A stretch of DNA of 64,000 nucleotides from Marsupella aquatica. Taxonomy: Eukaryota > Plantae > Marchantiophyta. The DNA lies in contig OZ316896.1 in NCBI GenBank assembly GCA_973895155.1, positions 5,281,203 to 5,345,202 on the forward strand, in the 5' to 3' direction. A model generated the notes under the pieces. The model was not told where the DNA came from. It searched no databases and saw nothing but the letters and a program-made list of their open reading frames with translations. The number at the start of each line of letters is the position of its first letter. Position 1 is the first letter of the stretch. The translations under genes were made by a program, and so were the position numbers. Shown here one piece after another: positions 1 to 13,363 of the stretch.

Positions 1-791
1 TTCAGACCCCATCGATCACAGGCTGACTGCAATTTGAACGTCACCGACACGTAGGAGCTCTTTGTAGGGCCAAACTATCTCCTTGAACTCCAACGACGTT
101 CTAAAACACACGATCCACAAATGAGACTGACTCCACACCCAAATTGTGAGCTAACAATGGCTTACTGGTACCGAATAGGCGAGATGGGTACAGACTTCAA
201 GAAACTAAGAAAATGTCCATCAACGTTTGAGAAAGGTCGAGCGAAAAGCATTTTATGTCTTGTTGAGAGAGCTGAACACATGACAATATAATAACTAATA
301 CCTACGAAATTCGAATTCTCTATATATTTGGGGATTTCTTCATATGAATCTCCACATGACTGTGATGATCTAACTAAGGAACTAATTCTGAATCTGACTG
401 CAGGTAACATGTAACTCAATCGTTTCTTGAATCAAAACTAGTTCAAGTAGTATGTCTCAAGCTATATACACACCGTGATATATTTTTTCTCATCATATGA
501 TCTAATGTTGGTACAAAGAGCTTGAAAGCAGAAAGAATTAGCAAGACGAGGCAAAACTCAGGGTGTTCACTAATATGTGAAGTAGTCCCTCACATGGCTG
601 CCTACTCCGTTGATCGATCGATCCATTACCTGCTTCGTCCTGTACTGCAGTGCTTGCAGCCTACAGCCTCAGTAAGTGTACATTTGGTTCTATCGATGCA
701 GCACTGTCCCATGTAGCTAGCTAACGCGATCTTTACAGAGACCAATGTTATATATGATAGTAGTTGCGAATATATTGATCAATGTACCAAC

Positions 792-1064
792 TTAGCCATG
801 CGGAGGAGGGTATTTGTACTTCTTCACAGTGTGTATCGTGTCGCCCGGCCCGTACTCATTCCCAATAGGATTTGGACCAGCAGGATTCTTGTGCAACATG
901 CTGCTGTATGTGTATTTCCTATGTTGCTCCCCAGTGACCCGATTGAATTCCACTAGCGATCTGGCAGTCTTCAGACCGTCGTCGCTGACGGATTCGCTCT
1001 TAAACGGATAATCCTGCGATGCATACATACAAAAATAAAACAATGTCAACAAATTCCCATTCAT
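792..1064 (-). CDS. CLE1: CLE peptide hormone precursor, H-type/TDIF-like; N-terminus uncertain
   Basis: The ORF encodes HKNPAGPNPIGN (858-893) near its C-terminus, with the H...GPNP..N CLE pattern; as I recall, this is the Marchantia MpCLE1 dodecapeptide. The N-terminal part may be intron: it ends in a pyrimidine-rich tract plus CAG at ~1014. Confidence 0.85.
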   Translation of the reverse strand: MNGNLLTLFYFCMYASQDYPFKSESVSDDGLKTARSLVEFNRVTGEQHRKYTYSSMLHKNPAGPNPIGNEYGPGDTIHTVKKYKYPPPHG

Positions 1065-4000
1065 CTATGCTTTCAAATTGAAGCTAGCGTCGATCAGTGC
1101 AACAAAAGACGATCTCAAAATTATGGTGACAGATGGATAGCTTTGCCTGCCAGCAAACCAATGAGAAAGATCGTCCGAGTGATCCTCAAGCTAGCTAGCA
1201 CTGAATCTGATCTAAGATAATGATGCCCTTGATGGCATCGGCGGGCAGAGACCGCTTAGAATCTCCATATATTTCAATGGCGAGAACCCAGACAACTGCC
1301 TTAGATTGCTTGATTGCAATGCGTTTGTCTCATTTGTAACTTACACGATTCAGCTAACTAGTAATGGATGAGAATAGGGTTCACTGGCAGTTTTGTGGAC
1401 CTATTTCTATCCCAGATATTTTACTGAGGGCCCTAGCATCCAACGCGAAATCAAAGAGAGCCAAAGTATCAGTTTTAAAACGCAACCTCGCAAATTTTTG
1501 GCTCATGTAGAGCTTCGGGCCTTACCTCAACAGGGGATGGCGATTTTCGTTGCATATTGAGTACGTTTTCAGCCCGTTGTGCAGTTGACAGGTGAAGACG
1601 AGGCAAAATAGAATTTTGTCGCGAAGTTTCGAGCAGCCGGAGTACAACCGTGCTCAATTCATCACCTGCCAAATGCTTGTTAGACCAAGAATGCGATGGA
1701 TGAACAAGGCTGAGCTACCTAGAAAAGGATATAGTGTTCTGGCCGGATTACTAGATGATCGATTCGCTCACGATCTACTGAGGGGAAACCCTAGCTTCCC
1801 AAGCAAATAATGGGTGCTCAGCAAGAGTGGATCCATGTATGAATCAACGTGTACCTTGTAAAGGTCGAGCACAGTCGGTTAAGGTTGTCAATGTACATGC
1901 GATTATAAAAAATAGTCGCACAGTTGCACGATATGACATTTCTCTAGCTCGATTTGTAAGTGCTCAACGAGCATCAATTTAGGGAATTGAGCTTGACTCT
2001 GCGAAAACCTGTGTACTCAATCGACTCAAAATTACATGCAGCATCAGCTAGCTAGCTGAACTTAGATACTTTGGTAGTCAGGACTGGCAATCAGACGAGT
2101 CTGCCTTCACAGAAACGTAAAAGTCCTGCAACCAACAGAATGAGAAGGAGAAGACGAAGTTCACAATATCTCAGTGATCAAGAGCCATTATAAAGTCTGT
2201 GATTTCCCTGTGGGACTTGGAGGAAAAGTGATGTGAAGGACGCATTTTGAGAAATGGGTGCATTTCCCACGCATTATTTTGGACTGTAGCAAGTCTGCCC
2301 CACCGAGGCTGAACTAGCTACCCTATGTCCTTCGGATCTATGTTAGACTGACCTGCAGACCCTAGCCATGTTTTTAATATTCTTATGACAGAGACTGTAT
2401 TTTACGAGGTTTGCTTTTTCAGACATACGGTGTAGAATGAATTATTATATTGGGTTTAATCTGAGTACTCCAAATTATCGTTATCTGCGACTGCTGGCCG
2501 ACCTTGGTTGTACAAAAAACAGGAAGGTAATCAAACATAAAATCCTTGTCTGTCGTTGGATTCCAGAGACACTTTTTTTTGAGAAAAATGTCTGGAATGT
2601 ATTTGGTGATTGTCGCATTTTTCAATCCATCAAGAGGGACCATTTGCAAAGTTAGATAATTACTGATTTTCAATCCTGCCCATAAACGATTAGTCGAAAC
2701 GATTCATGAACTGAAATCGAGAGTTTAACGTGAATGGGGCCTAAAATGCGACAGTGACGTTCATTCTCGGTTCAAATAGCCTTTCCTCTCGATCTGAAGG
2801 ACATAGAAGTGATTGCACAGCGTTGTTCTATGGTAAGCATACCTGGTCAATTACTCCTATGGTTTGTAGTCTTGGCCCAAGTCTTTGACTACAATAATGT
2901 TCGATTATGCAATATTCACTTTTCGTATATCTTGCCAACTGTTCCTGCAGGTCAAGTGTCGGAAGGCCGCACTGTAGGTGCCTGCTTCTATAGCCTGTGT
3001 GGCTATTTCTTCATATGTCTATTAAATTTTACTTTTTAATTTCAAGACGAGAGTTTAGAGTGCCAGGATTTCTGCAAAGTCTACAGTCCCAAAGATTCTG
3101 GCAACTTCCCGTTTTGCAAAGGTCCTTGTTTACGATTGAGGCATGGCTTCTGACCTATGAACTTCTGAGGAGTCTCTTCTTGCCATAATCGCCCAATTAA
3201 ACTTTATTATTAATTGTAGATCGGCATTTTGCGAAGGTTTCTTTCAATATCAATCATATCACAGTTAATTGACAAGATTTCGATTTCGATTGACAGAGAC
3301 AATGGGAAGAATCGAGATTCGATCATTGATGGGTCTGGAAGATTTAATCTGTGGCGTGGGGCAATTTGGGTCCTCGAGAAATGCATGTATGCCGCTTGTG
3401 AGTTACAAAGGGAACTGAGCCTCTTGCCAATTGTAAGTTCCAGCCATGGTTGTGCAGGTAATTAATGGGAACAGGGTACAAGAAAATTGTCATAATCTCC
3501 GCCCCATTGTGAGCTAAACACCACCACCATGGCATACCATAATTATATCCGAGCAGCGATCCTGGCCTGTGGATCGAGGATAAGTTCATTGAGTTGAATC
3601 CAGTATCCGCTCGAGTATCCGCTCCGGCCACTTTGTCTTCTGGTGGTGTTTTTAATTCATTTTTGCAATGGATCCCCGTGTTCTGATCTTGACTGACAGG
3701 ACGGATCTGGACGGGTCTGGAAAGTCATGATCACGTTCTGCTAGTTCTATGCCAGCAAGTTTGACTCAGGTGCGAAGCATTTATGTTGATACTTTAGTTT
3801 AAAGCAAGCTAGCTAGCTGCAGCGACAGTCGCATGCATTCCTATTCAAATTCACAACGTTATACACAGTTCACATCGCTGTCTATTTCGTAGTCATATCT
3901 ACATACCACAGAGAAAACTACTGTAAGTCCCCACCGAAGTCACTTCGACCTGGTGGCGGTATCTTACTACAAGAATGTGACGGTGTCTAATCATATAACT

Positions 4001-7000
4001 TATTATTAATTAGGTGCATGTAGCTGGACGGTAGTTCCGGTCTCCAAGCCACGTTGGATGAGGGTTGGTCCACTCTGCACATAAATAACAAGTTGCTGAC
4101 ATCCAGGTAATTGATATGTGCGTTGATAGTAAAATATCCGAGCGCGACCTTCTCTATCTGGCCTGACCAAAACGAAGTGTTGTCTGGTTTCGTGTAAGCG
4201 GAAAATCTCATCGATAGAACAGTGCAAGTGAGAGGCCGACCTCGCAAAATCTCATGGCAAACTGAAGCACTGAAACCAGACTCAATTCTGCATTAGCGGG
4301 AAGTACAGTCAGTGAGCAAGTGAGCAAATGTTTGGGTACAGGAACTCAACGGTTTTTTGCATTTGCCATCATTGCACAGGCAAAAGAGTATCGTTTACAT
4401 CATTATCAAATGATAGCAATGAAGTGTTAATTCTCTATTTGTGGTGTGAGAGCAATGCTGTACACAATTGGCTACCGTTTGGGGCAACATCCAATTTGCA
4501 AGGTGGGATATGGACAGTGAATAATATTTAAGGCACTCAAGCAAGTATATTGTTGGCCCAAACCCTATAGAAAAATGAGAAATCCTCTGCCACATGACGG
4601 TACAGAAAACTGTCGATCACTGTCAGGAGTAATTTAAGTTAGTGAGGCGACATCCACCAGGGCCCAAATTGTACTCCACCTAGATATGTGAACATGTGTC
4701 ATAACATATAATCACATAATCACATTAGAACTATTAATATATTAGTTTGTCCACACCGACCACATCAACCTTCGTCGTCTGGTAATATGTCTTTTTTTTT
4801 CTCAACTAGCCTTATCTGTGTCATATCATGACATATTCATGACAATGTCCTTTTTGGAGAAGATTTGGACTTTTAAAAAGACAATGTGAAAAGGGGTTTG
4901 AAGACCTAATGTAGGCATATTGCAAGATTGGGCTTTAATCTTAAGCATTGATAGTGTGACAGTTCTTTCCTTAATCTTCTTTTTTCATAAAGATTGCCGA
5001 CCATGCAACACTCTGTCATTTCCAGGGCTATCCAGGGCAATTTGGGCAACTGGACAGAGCTTTGAATTTTGAGGGGATTTAATTGTAATATGGCAATAAA
5101 TTGCTAGCATATATAGTCTAAACATATTTTAAATAATATGTAAATAAATACCTAATCTTAACTATATTTTGAATCATGCGAGAGTTTTCAAGTGCTCTTT
5201 TCTGGTTTGATCCATTTTTTTTCTACACTTTGAAGACAGCGCAAAAAGCAGTCTCCACTCTTACTGTTTGATCCTTGTTTTTTTCTCTTCACACTTGAAA
5301 CGAAGCCCAACCAAACCCGCAACCAAATCCATGGAAGTTGAAGTCTTATAACTCTGTTTACCAAATTAAGAGACAGTTATAAAACCATTCTCAAAATGCC
5401 CTGATATAGGCCGGAGTATGCATTATGCTCCAAAAAATACAATGAAAATCCCAATTATGCAAAACATTGCTAAGGGATTTAAGGTATTACGAGTGCGGTG
5501 TCCCTGTGCTACTCAACATGGAAATTAATAGCCTGAGTCCCCTTTGATGCTCGCCCAAACTATGGGTCCTACCCCCTAGTTAGATGATTCACTCTAGAGG
5601 GTAGACCTAGAATCACAGACTGCATTCCACTTAATAATAGAAACCCTAAAAGGTCTTCCTTCTGTAGTTGTATTGCAAAATAAATCCATTAGCCAAAACA
5701 TTCAAAGAATTGGAAGTCTAATTTAGTATGATATGTCCGCCGGCTGGTCACTTGATATTATCTTGTGTTAGGTGATGCTGTTTTCGGCTCCTTTGAATTA
5801 TGCATATTTCTGTATAATTGTTACGGACAATGGGCTAACAGGATCTTGTCTTACGGGAAAAGCTCGTACACTTGCACTTTATTTAGCAAGCTTGGTTTGC
5901 ACCTTAGAGAGAGATCTTATTGAGAACGGGATTGAGAAATATGTAGAAGCTTGTCCAATACCAATTCTCGACATGGGTGTGACCCCAAACCTAGCCATTG
6001 ATACAAGAGACTGGCCTGACTGCCCAAGCTTTTCTCAAGCCGTCCCTACACTAGCCCCGGCCCCACCTCAGAGTCATGGCTCCAGAATGTAAGTTTCAAT
6101 CACGTACACTAGACGATAATCTCCAGAATGTAAGTGTCAATTGCAAATTAATAGTCAGATGGGCAAGCCTCCTGGCAAGCTTAAGCCTTCATATTCTGAT
6201 CGAGACGCGATCCAAGTGGAGGAAATTTAGTAACTTGTGAGATTATTAGTTAGATGGGTAAGCCTTCTTATTCTGAAACTGCGGGGTGCGTGGTTTAATT
6301 CACATTTGTTCTTCGTAGCATATTAAAGCGCGAGGCTAGACTGGAATTCTGAGTGAGGATACTCCGAGTCTGATGGATGGATTCTGTTAAAATCGAAACC
6401 ACCAACTGAAGATGGAATCGGGACAGACAACAGACCCAACTAAAAGCTAGAAGTCTCATGGTCTTCCTGTTCAGCTAAGATAGCCATGGCCAACACACAA
6501 CCGACACCCGCCCATGGAAAAGAAGACGCTGCAAAGCCCAGTGAGTCACCCACCGCTCGTGCTCTCACCAGCCCACTCTAACACGAACGAGTCCTAGCTT
6601 TTCGCAGATTTCTCTTTTCAATCTCTTTGATTCTGTTTCTCAGATCATATTCGCGAAGTTCCCAAAACGTGCATCAGAGATTTTGTGGCTCAGACAAGTA
6701 CACAACAGACTCGATCGTCACGCGAGTTCGCTTACACACCAACTCGATCGTGACCCCAGACAACGAAGAGATTGAATTGAAAAGCAGTCTCTAACCAGTA
6801 GGAGAGAGGGATCGAGGCCCGCTCCTAACGTTGCCCGAGGTGTGTCGGAAGCTAGTAAGAGAGAAGAAGAAGATGATGGTCGAGAATTGATTGCTTCGAG
6901 AATCCCTGAAAACATGGAAGGTTGGGGTGCATTGGAGCTGCCGAGCCAGGACTTGTCGCCAACACACAGTATGGCGAAAAGACGACGTCGCCTGCTGTGC

Positions 7001-9482
7001 GTGCCCCCACAACAGCAACTCTCTGCTACGGTAGTCTCGCTCGGTCATGGATTGCGCATGTGCCAGACTCAGAGAATCTTCTTCACCTCAAGTGTAGCTC
7101 AGCCATGTTCCCCCTTGACCATCTCTCCACTTAAATGTGCCCACCGAGCCGACCTGCAGCAGGCTTGCAGGCAGCTAGGCAGGCAGGCCGGCTACTAAAG
7201 TCACAAGGGCGTCTCGTCCTTGGCTGACTTTCTCCCATGTCAAAGCATTTATGTCAATCTTCTTCTGTTTCGCTTTTACATCATGGGAGATCATTGTGAC
7301 ATGGCGATCCCCTTCATAGTTACTACTCAGAGATGAATTTACTGTCTCTCCCTTTAGTCCAATTCGTAGCCTGGCTATGGAATTCATTTCTTGAGAGGTT
7401 CGTCCAGGATTCTGAGTGCTCGTGGGGCTGGCTCACATTCACCCGGCCCGTTCAAGCAAGGCCGATGACCCGAGGGTTGATTGTCTGATGTCCGAGTGTC
7501 CTCCCTCACTCGCTCCCTCACTACAATGTACACAAGCTCCAAAGTGCCAGACCCTAGTCGATCAGAGCTGGTGAATTCTTAGTGTATAGGGACTCATTTG
7601 CTGAAGAAAAAAACCAGGGCTGACGTGCGACAATCGTATTGATAGGATTTTAACCGATCCTATACAGTTTGTAAGTAAAGATAGCGGCTCAAAATTATTC
7701 TCCAAGTATCGTACAGTATTCTTGATGAATAGGAAACACCGCGTGGCAGTTGGGATTGACAGGAAAATCCATGGCACAAATTTCGCCCACAAAACTTTGT
7801 CACATTTGCAAGCTCAGAGTCTGCCTGCAGCCAACGGGAAGGTTGACAATCATCCTCAGTCAACACTGATATTAAATTTGCCCAGATTGATCGCCGGCGA
7901 TATTCTGTCGATCATGCGCTGATCAGTACTTATTTAAAATGCAATTTGTCGGTTTCACGTTACATCGGTTCCAAAGCTCGAAATTCTGCAATACAAAAAC
8001 CGAAAGTCCTCGTAGCCAAACAGAGGATGGTCAAATGTCAAAAGCAAGGTGGGAGGCAACTTGCGGGATTGGTATTCCTCACGTACAGCCAAGTTGTTGT
8101 GCTGGCCAGCTGGCTTGCATTTCACCTTGCCATTTCTTGCCAACACCCTAAGGCAGCGTGTCTACGTACAGTAGTAGCCTAGTGTGCTTGAAACGAATTC
8201 TAGGCGAAGCCCATCTCTCTACTTCTACTCTCGAGACACGACTACAGTAGATGGACATCTTTTCTACAGCACAAGGCCCAATCTGCGCGGCCCGGATGAG
8301 AGAGAGAGGGAGATGAGTATTTTCTCTTCCCGGAATCCCATCGAGCCCCATGTGTAGCGGCCAGCATCAGAGCGACTTTGTCCCAAAGGGGCCTGGCCGG
8401 GGGCCTGGCAACCGCCCTCCATCAGCTGCTGGGCTGCGGTGCAATGCTGGACGTCGTCTTTCGTGAGGGGACTTCTGACTGAAAGCAAGGCTTGCTTGCT
8501 TGCATGATTGATTGATTGATTGCCTGGCGTGCACCGCACTGACTGAGCTTCCCACAGTAGTTGCATTGGGTTCTGTGCGTGCAAGCAGCAGCATCAGCAG
8601 CTGCTGCTGTGCAATTGCTTTTCTTTCAGCTACTATACAGTACCCGGATCGATTCATGATTCTACTTTCGTCTCTTCTCTTTACCGAAAGGCACAAAGAA
8701 CTCACCGAGGTCAAAAGGTACAAGCACACTGTACATCCGCAAACACAACTCCATGGATGATCCTGGAGAGTTGCTGACAATGTTGACTATCCGCATTAGC
8801 CACAGAGATAATTGAGCTGGTTCAGTGGTAACTGGTGTTTTTCTGAACGCACTAACCTCTTTCTAGGAAGCTTTCATAGTTTCATCTGATCTGATAGTAG
8901 TGTCGATCTATTAAATTATGGGATACAGGAGATTCAAATTGGAAAGATGGACGACCGGACAGAGTGCTCCAGTGTACCACATTTTGGTGGGGCATGGGAG
9001 TAAGTTGGACATAAAATGATTTTTACTTTTGCTCCTATAAGGCAACTAGAGAAGGAGATAAATATTTCTAAATCACACAAGCCCAAATTATTTCATACTA
9101 ACACAATGGAAATGAATGTACTGAAATGAACCCCTCCTCATTTTGCAAAGTAACTCAACCAAAATGGGCAAAAATTCACTGTCACTTTGATTGAAGTGTA
9201 GCTTACCGACTTCCCTAGCTCCCCAAAACTATTCAAAAAATTGAATCTATGAATATCAAGTTATTGCAACTAAACTCAAATTTTAGAATATGTGGTCCAT
9301 GGGGGTTTCAAAGACCACCTTGAAGTCCATAATTCTTCACATTGTTTACTAGTTCTTTTTGTCAATTAGATATTTTGTTCAAAGAGAATTTTCCAGATAT
9401 ATGGAACCTGTTCAAAATCCAAATAGTCTGGATGTACTCAACATTACCTTGATATGTCAACCAATTGTAGACATCTTGAAAA

Positions 9483-9903
9483 TGTTGAGCATAGACGACG
9501 ATCGCAACGGCAAGCCCATGAACCATCCAACGCATAATAGTCGACACAAGAGATACGTGGTTCACCTCCTTGAGGCTACGTCCACGGGAACACACAAGAG
9601 AGCTTTACTGAACTCTAAGCCCGTCGGCTATACCGAGTCTCCACAGTGTAAGCTCTCCCTATCTCTCAAGTGGCTCCATAACAATGAGCCTTGGTTCTAC
9701 CTCTCCAAGCACACATGCCTCTTATGATATAGTGTGCAACTTAGTTGTACCTAACCACATAGTTGTACCTAATCACGTAGTTGTACCTAACCACATAGTT
9801 GTATCTAATCACGTAGTTGTACCTAACCACGTAGTTGTACCAACCCACGTTGTTATACCAACCACGTCATACCTAACCTAGACGTAAGAGTAAATACCCA
9901 ACA
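9483..9903 (-). repeat. 3' LTR of copia element (421 bp)
   Basis: Runs TGTTG...CAACA and is a direct repeat of 15557-15931. Contains an 18-bp tandem array (TAGTTGTACCTAAYCACR). Confidence 0.95.
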
Positions 9904-9919
9904 ATCTTCCCCTTGACTC
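9904..9919 (-). promoter_or_regulatory. Polypurine tract (PPT)
   Basis: Minus strand reads GAGTCAAGGGGAAGAT immediately before the 3' LTR. Confidence 0.85.
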
Positions 9920-10093
9920 TGGTCTAGGGGAGAGTAATACTGCCAATGTATATGATCCCTCAGCGGGAAGTTCTAGACAAAAACCAAACCGGTTTCCCTC
10001 TCTAACTAGAACAAACCAGAACTAAGCCGTAGCCTAATACATAGGAATGAGGAAGAGCATATATCAGTAATTACAATGAATGTTAAGAAAACT

Positions 10094-13000
10094 CTACTTG
10101 TGATGCAATTGCAAAACCTGCAATACGTCACGGTGTCTAGAGAAACTCTCCAAAGGAATCACTTTGGTAAATGCGTCAGCCGGGTTGAGTTTACCATCAA
10201 TCTTGACTAGCTCAAACAAATTATCAGACACAGCCTGCCTGATAAAATGGTACCTGACGCCAATGTGCTTCACTCTACTGTCCATCACCTGGTTCACAGC
10301 AAGGTGGAGCACACTTTGACTATCACAATGGAGCTTCACATTCCCCTGTGGTAATCCCATTTCAGTGATAAGTCTATCCAACCAAATCGCTTCCTTTGCT
10401 GCTTCCGCAACTGCAACATACTTCGCTTCTGTAGTAGACTGAGCAATACACTTCTGCAAAGTAGACTTCCAACTTATGCATCCACCGCCAAGTGTGAACA
10501 CATATCCTGTTGTTGATCTCCTTCGGTCCAAATCTTGTCCATAGTCAGAATCAACATAGCCAATCAATGATTTAGCATTCTTTGCATTTGCATCAAATAA
10601 AAGACCATGATCCACGGTACCCTTCAAGTACCTGATAATCCACTTCACTGCTTCCCAGTGTACCTTCCCTGGATTCGACATGTACCTGCTCACCTTGCCC
10701 ATAGCCATAGCAAGATCAGGTCTAGTGCAAGTCATCAAATACATGAGACTCCCCACTGCCTTGTCATACGGAACCTTTGACATCAACCCCTTCTCTGTGT
10801 CATCCGTAGGACAGAACGCTGATGATAACTTGAAGTGTGGAGCCAACAGGGTACTTACTGGCTTGCTATTCCCCATGTTGAACCTTGTAATTACCTTCCT
10901 CGCATGACTGCTCTGCGTCAACCATAGCTTGCCAGCCTCCAAGTCCCTAGTGATCTCCATACCCAAAATCCTCTTAGCTGGCCCTAAGTCCTTCATCTTA
11001 AACTCTGCACTAAGCAGTGCCTTGAGCTTAACAATCTCAGACCTATCCTTGGCTGCAATTAGCATATCATCCACATAAAGTACTAAAATAATGAACCCAA
11101 AAACAACATTCTTTACCGGATTCAAATACACACAAGGGTCAAATACACTTCTATGAAAACCTTGTGACTGAATCCAATCGTCAAACCGCTTGTTCCACTG
11201 TCTTGATGACTGCTTCAACCCATACAAGGATTTCAGCAATTTGCAAACCAATTCCTCCTGTCCTCTCTTCACAAAACCTAGCGGTTGTCTCATGAAGATC
11301 ACCTCTTCCAATGTGCCATAGAGGAAAGCTGTGACAACATCCATCTGATCTAGCAGCAGACCAAACATTACAAGTACACACAATAGTCATATTGTAGAGT
11401 ACTTAGCAACTGGTGAGAAGACCTCATTGTAATCCACACCTTTCTCTTGTGTGAATCCCTTTGCTACCAACCTAGCCTTGTAGACCTTCGATCCACCTCC
11501 TATGGAATTATACTTCAGCTTGTAAATCCACTTGTTGTCCACCACTTGCTGACCCTTAGGCAGCTTAACAAGCTCCCAAGTTTTGTTGTCCTTTAGTGAC
11601 TGCATCTCCGTTTGCATTGCTGCAGTCCACTTCTGCTTCTCCTTTGAAGCACTTGCCTCATGAAATGAAGAAGGTTCCCCTTCTTCCAAAATTAACGCAT
11701 CACCCTCATCATCAGCTGTAAAATCATCCTCTTGCAGTTGAGATGAATCAACCCACTGTCCATACATTGGTGGAGCGCATACAGTGCGACCAGATGTTCT
11801 TCTAGCCGATGACTTCGGTTGATCTGTATGTGCTGGTACAATTTGAATCTCAACAGCATCCACTTGCTGCTCACCAGCATCAACAAACTCCTCTGGTTCC
11901 TCTGGCACAGGAACCAGCTCCATAATTGGAGCAACTTCTTCTCTCCGGTCATGCACCTCATAACCAATCTCCCCCTCAACGAGATCCGGGATAGGAGATT
12001 TTCCTTTGTCAGTACGGGAGACCTGAGTATTCTCCCCCTCCTTCAATAATTTGGATTCATTGAAGGAAACATCCCTACTGACAACGAGCTTACAGGCAAT
12101 AGGATCCCATAGCCTATAGGCTTTCACACCACTCTGGTACCCAAGAAAAATATATTTCTTGGAGGTAGGATCCAACTTGGTCCTATTCTGCTTCGGTGTG
12201 AGAGCATATGCATCACTTCCAAAAACTACCAAGCCATGATAGTCTGCTTGCCGCTTATAGCGCATCTCAAACGGCGTTTTGAAATTGATAGCACTAGAAG
12301 GAGAAAGATTTACCAAATAAGCTGCGGTATTGACAGCTTCTGCCCAAAATTCTTATGGTAAACCTGATTGGCTCAACATACTCCGTGACCGCTCCAACAG
12401 TGTCCGATTGAGCCTCTCAGCGACACCATTCTACTGCGGAGTATAAATTGTGGTGAGATGGCGAGTTATCCCCTGTTCTGAACAGTACTCTTCAAATTCC
12501 ATTGAAGTGTACTCCCCGCCGTTGTCTGACCGCAGACTCTTCACCCTTGTATCCAAACACTTGATCGTGTTTCCAGTCTGATTCTCCACCTGGGCCTTCC
12601 ACTTCTTAAAAATGGACAAGACATCAGACTTATGCGTCATGAAATAAATCCACACAAATCTTGAGTAATCATCAATAAATGATACATAGTACAACTTTCC
12701 AGAGTGTGAGGGAGTCGGGGATGGACCCCACACGTCACTATATATATACTCAAGAACCGCTTTGGAACGATGAGTTCCAACACCAAAAGCACGACGATGC
12801 TGCTTTCCAAGAATGCGATGCTCACAAAACTCTAATTTACAAGATTGCAAATTAGAAATGAGTCCATTCTTCCGTAAGATAGCCAAACCCTTCTCACTCA
12901 TGTGGCCTAGCCGTGAATGCCATAGTTGAGTCATCTCCTCGTGAGACTTGGTTACATTGGCCTCTCCACATACAGTATTGCCCTGTAACATATACAAATT

Positions 13001-13363
13001 CTTTTGTCTACTCCCCTTCAAAATCATTGTCTCTCCCGACCTGACTTGAAGTTCACCATCAATAACGCTCCATTGATGACCATTTAAATCCAACACACCG
13101 AGTGAAATCAGATTCTTACGCATGCCAGGTACATATCTGACTCCGGACACTGTGCGCACAGCGCCATCAAACATTTGAATCTTCACAGACCCAATTCCCT
13201 CAATTTGACAAGAGTGATCATTTCCCATCAGAACTGAACCGTTTGAAACAGAGTAAGAACTGAAAAACTCACGAATGTAACAAATATGAAAAGAGCAAGC
13301 ACAATCAAGAATCCACACATCATCTGCTCTCCTAGATGACGTGCACAGGGCATACCCCCGGCT
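10094..13363 (-). pseudogene. pol: Copia pol (protease, integrase, reverse transcriptase, RNase H) with in-frame stops
   Basis: Motifs: WILDCACSFH (PR); WHSRLGH, SDVWGP, SDNGGEY, NGVAER (INT); YKARLVAKG, QMDVVTAFL, LYVDDML (RT); DSDY, CDSQS, NPADAFTK (RH). One reading frame broken by TAG 12431-3, TAA 12353-5 and TGA 11387-9. Confidence 0.93.

Noticed and set aside
5734-5973. LTR-like segment TGTC...CTCGACA
   Set aside because: No matching TSD, PBS or partner LTR could be found.
8367-8780. 137-aa minus-strand ORF
   Set aside because: It crosses simple repeats (ATTG, CAG, GCTT) and has no domain motif, so it is probably non-coding.
9359-9881. ORFs on + over the LTR, including the VVPNH-repeat ORF
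   Set aside because: By-products of LTR sequence and its 18-bp array.
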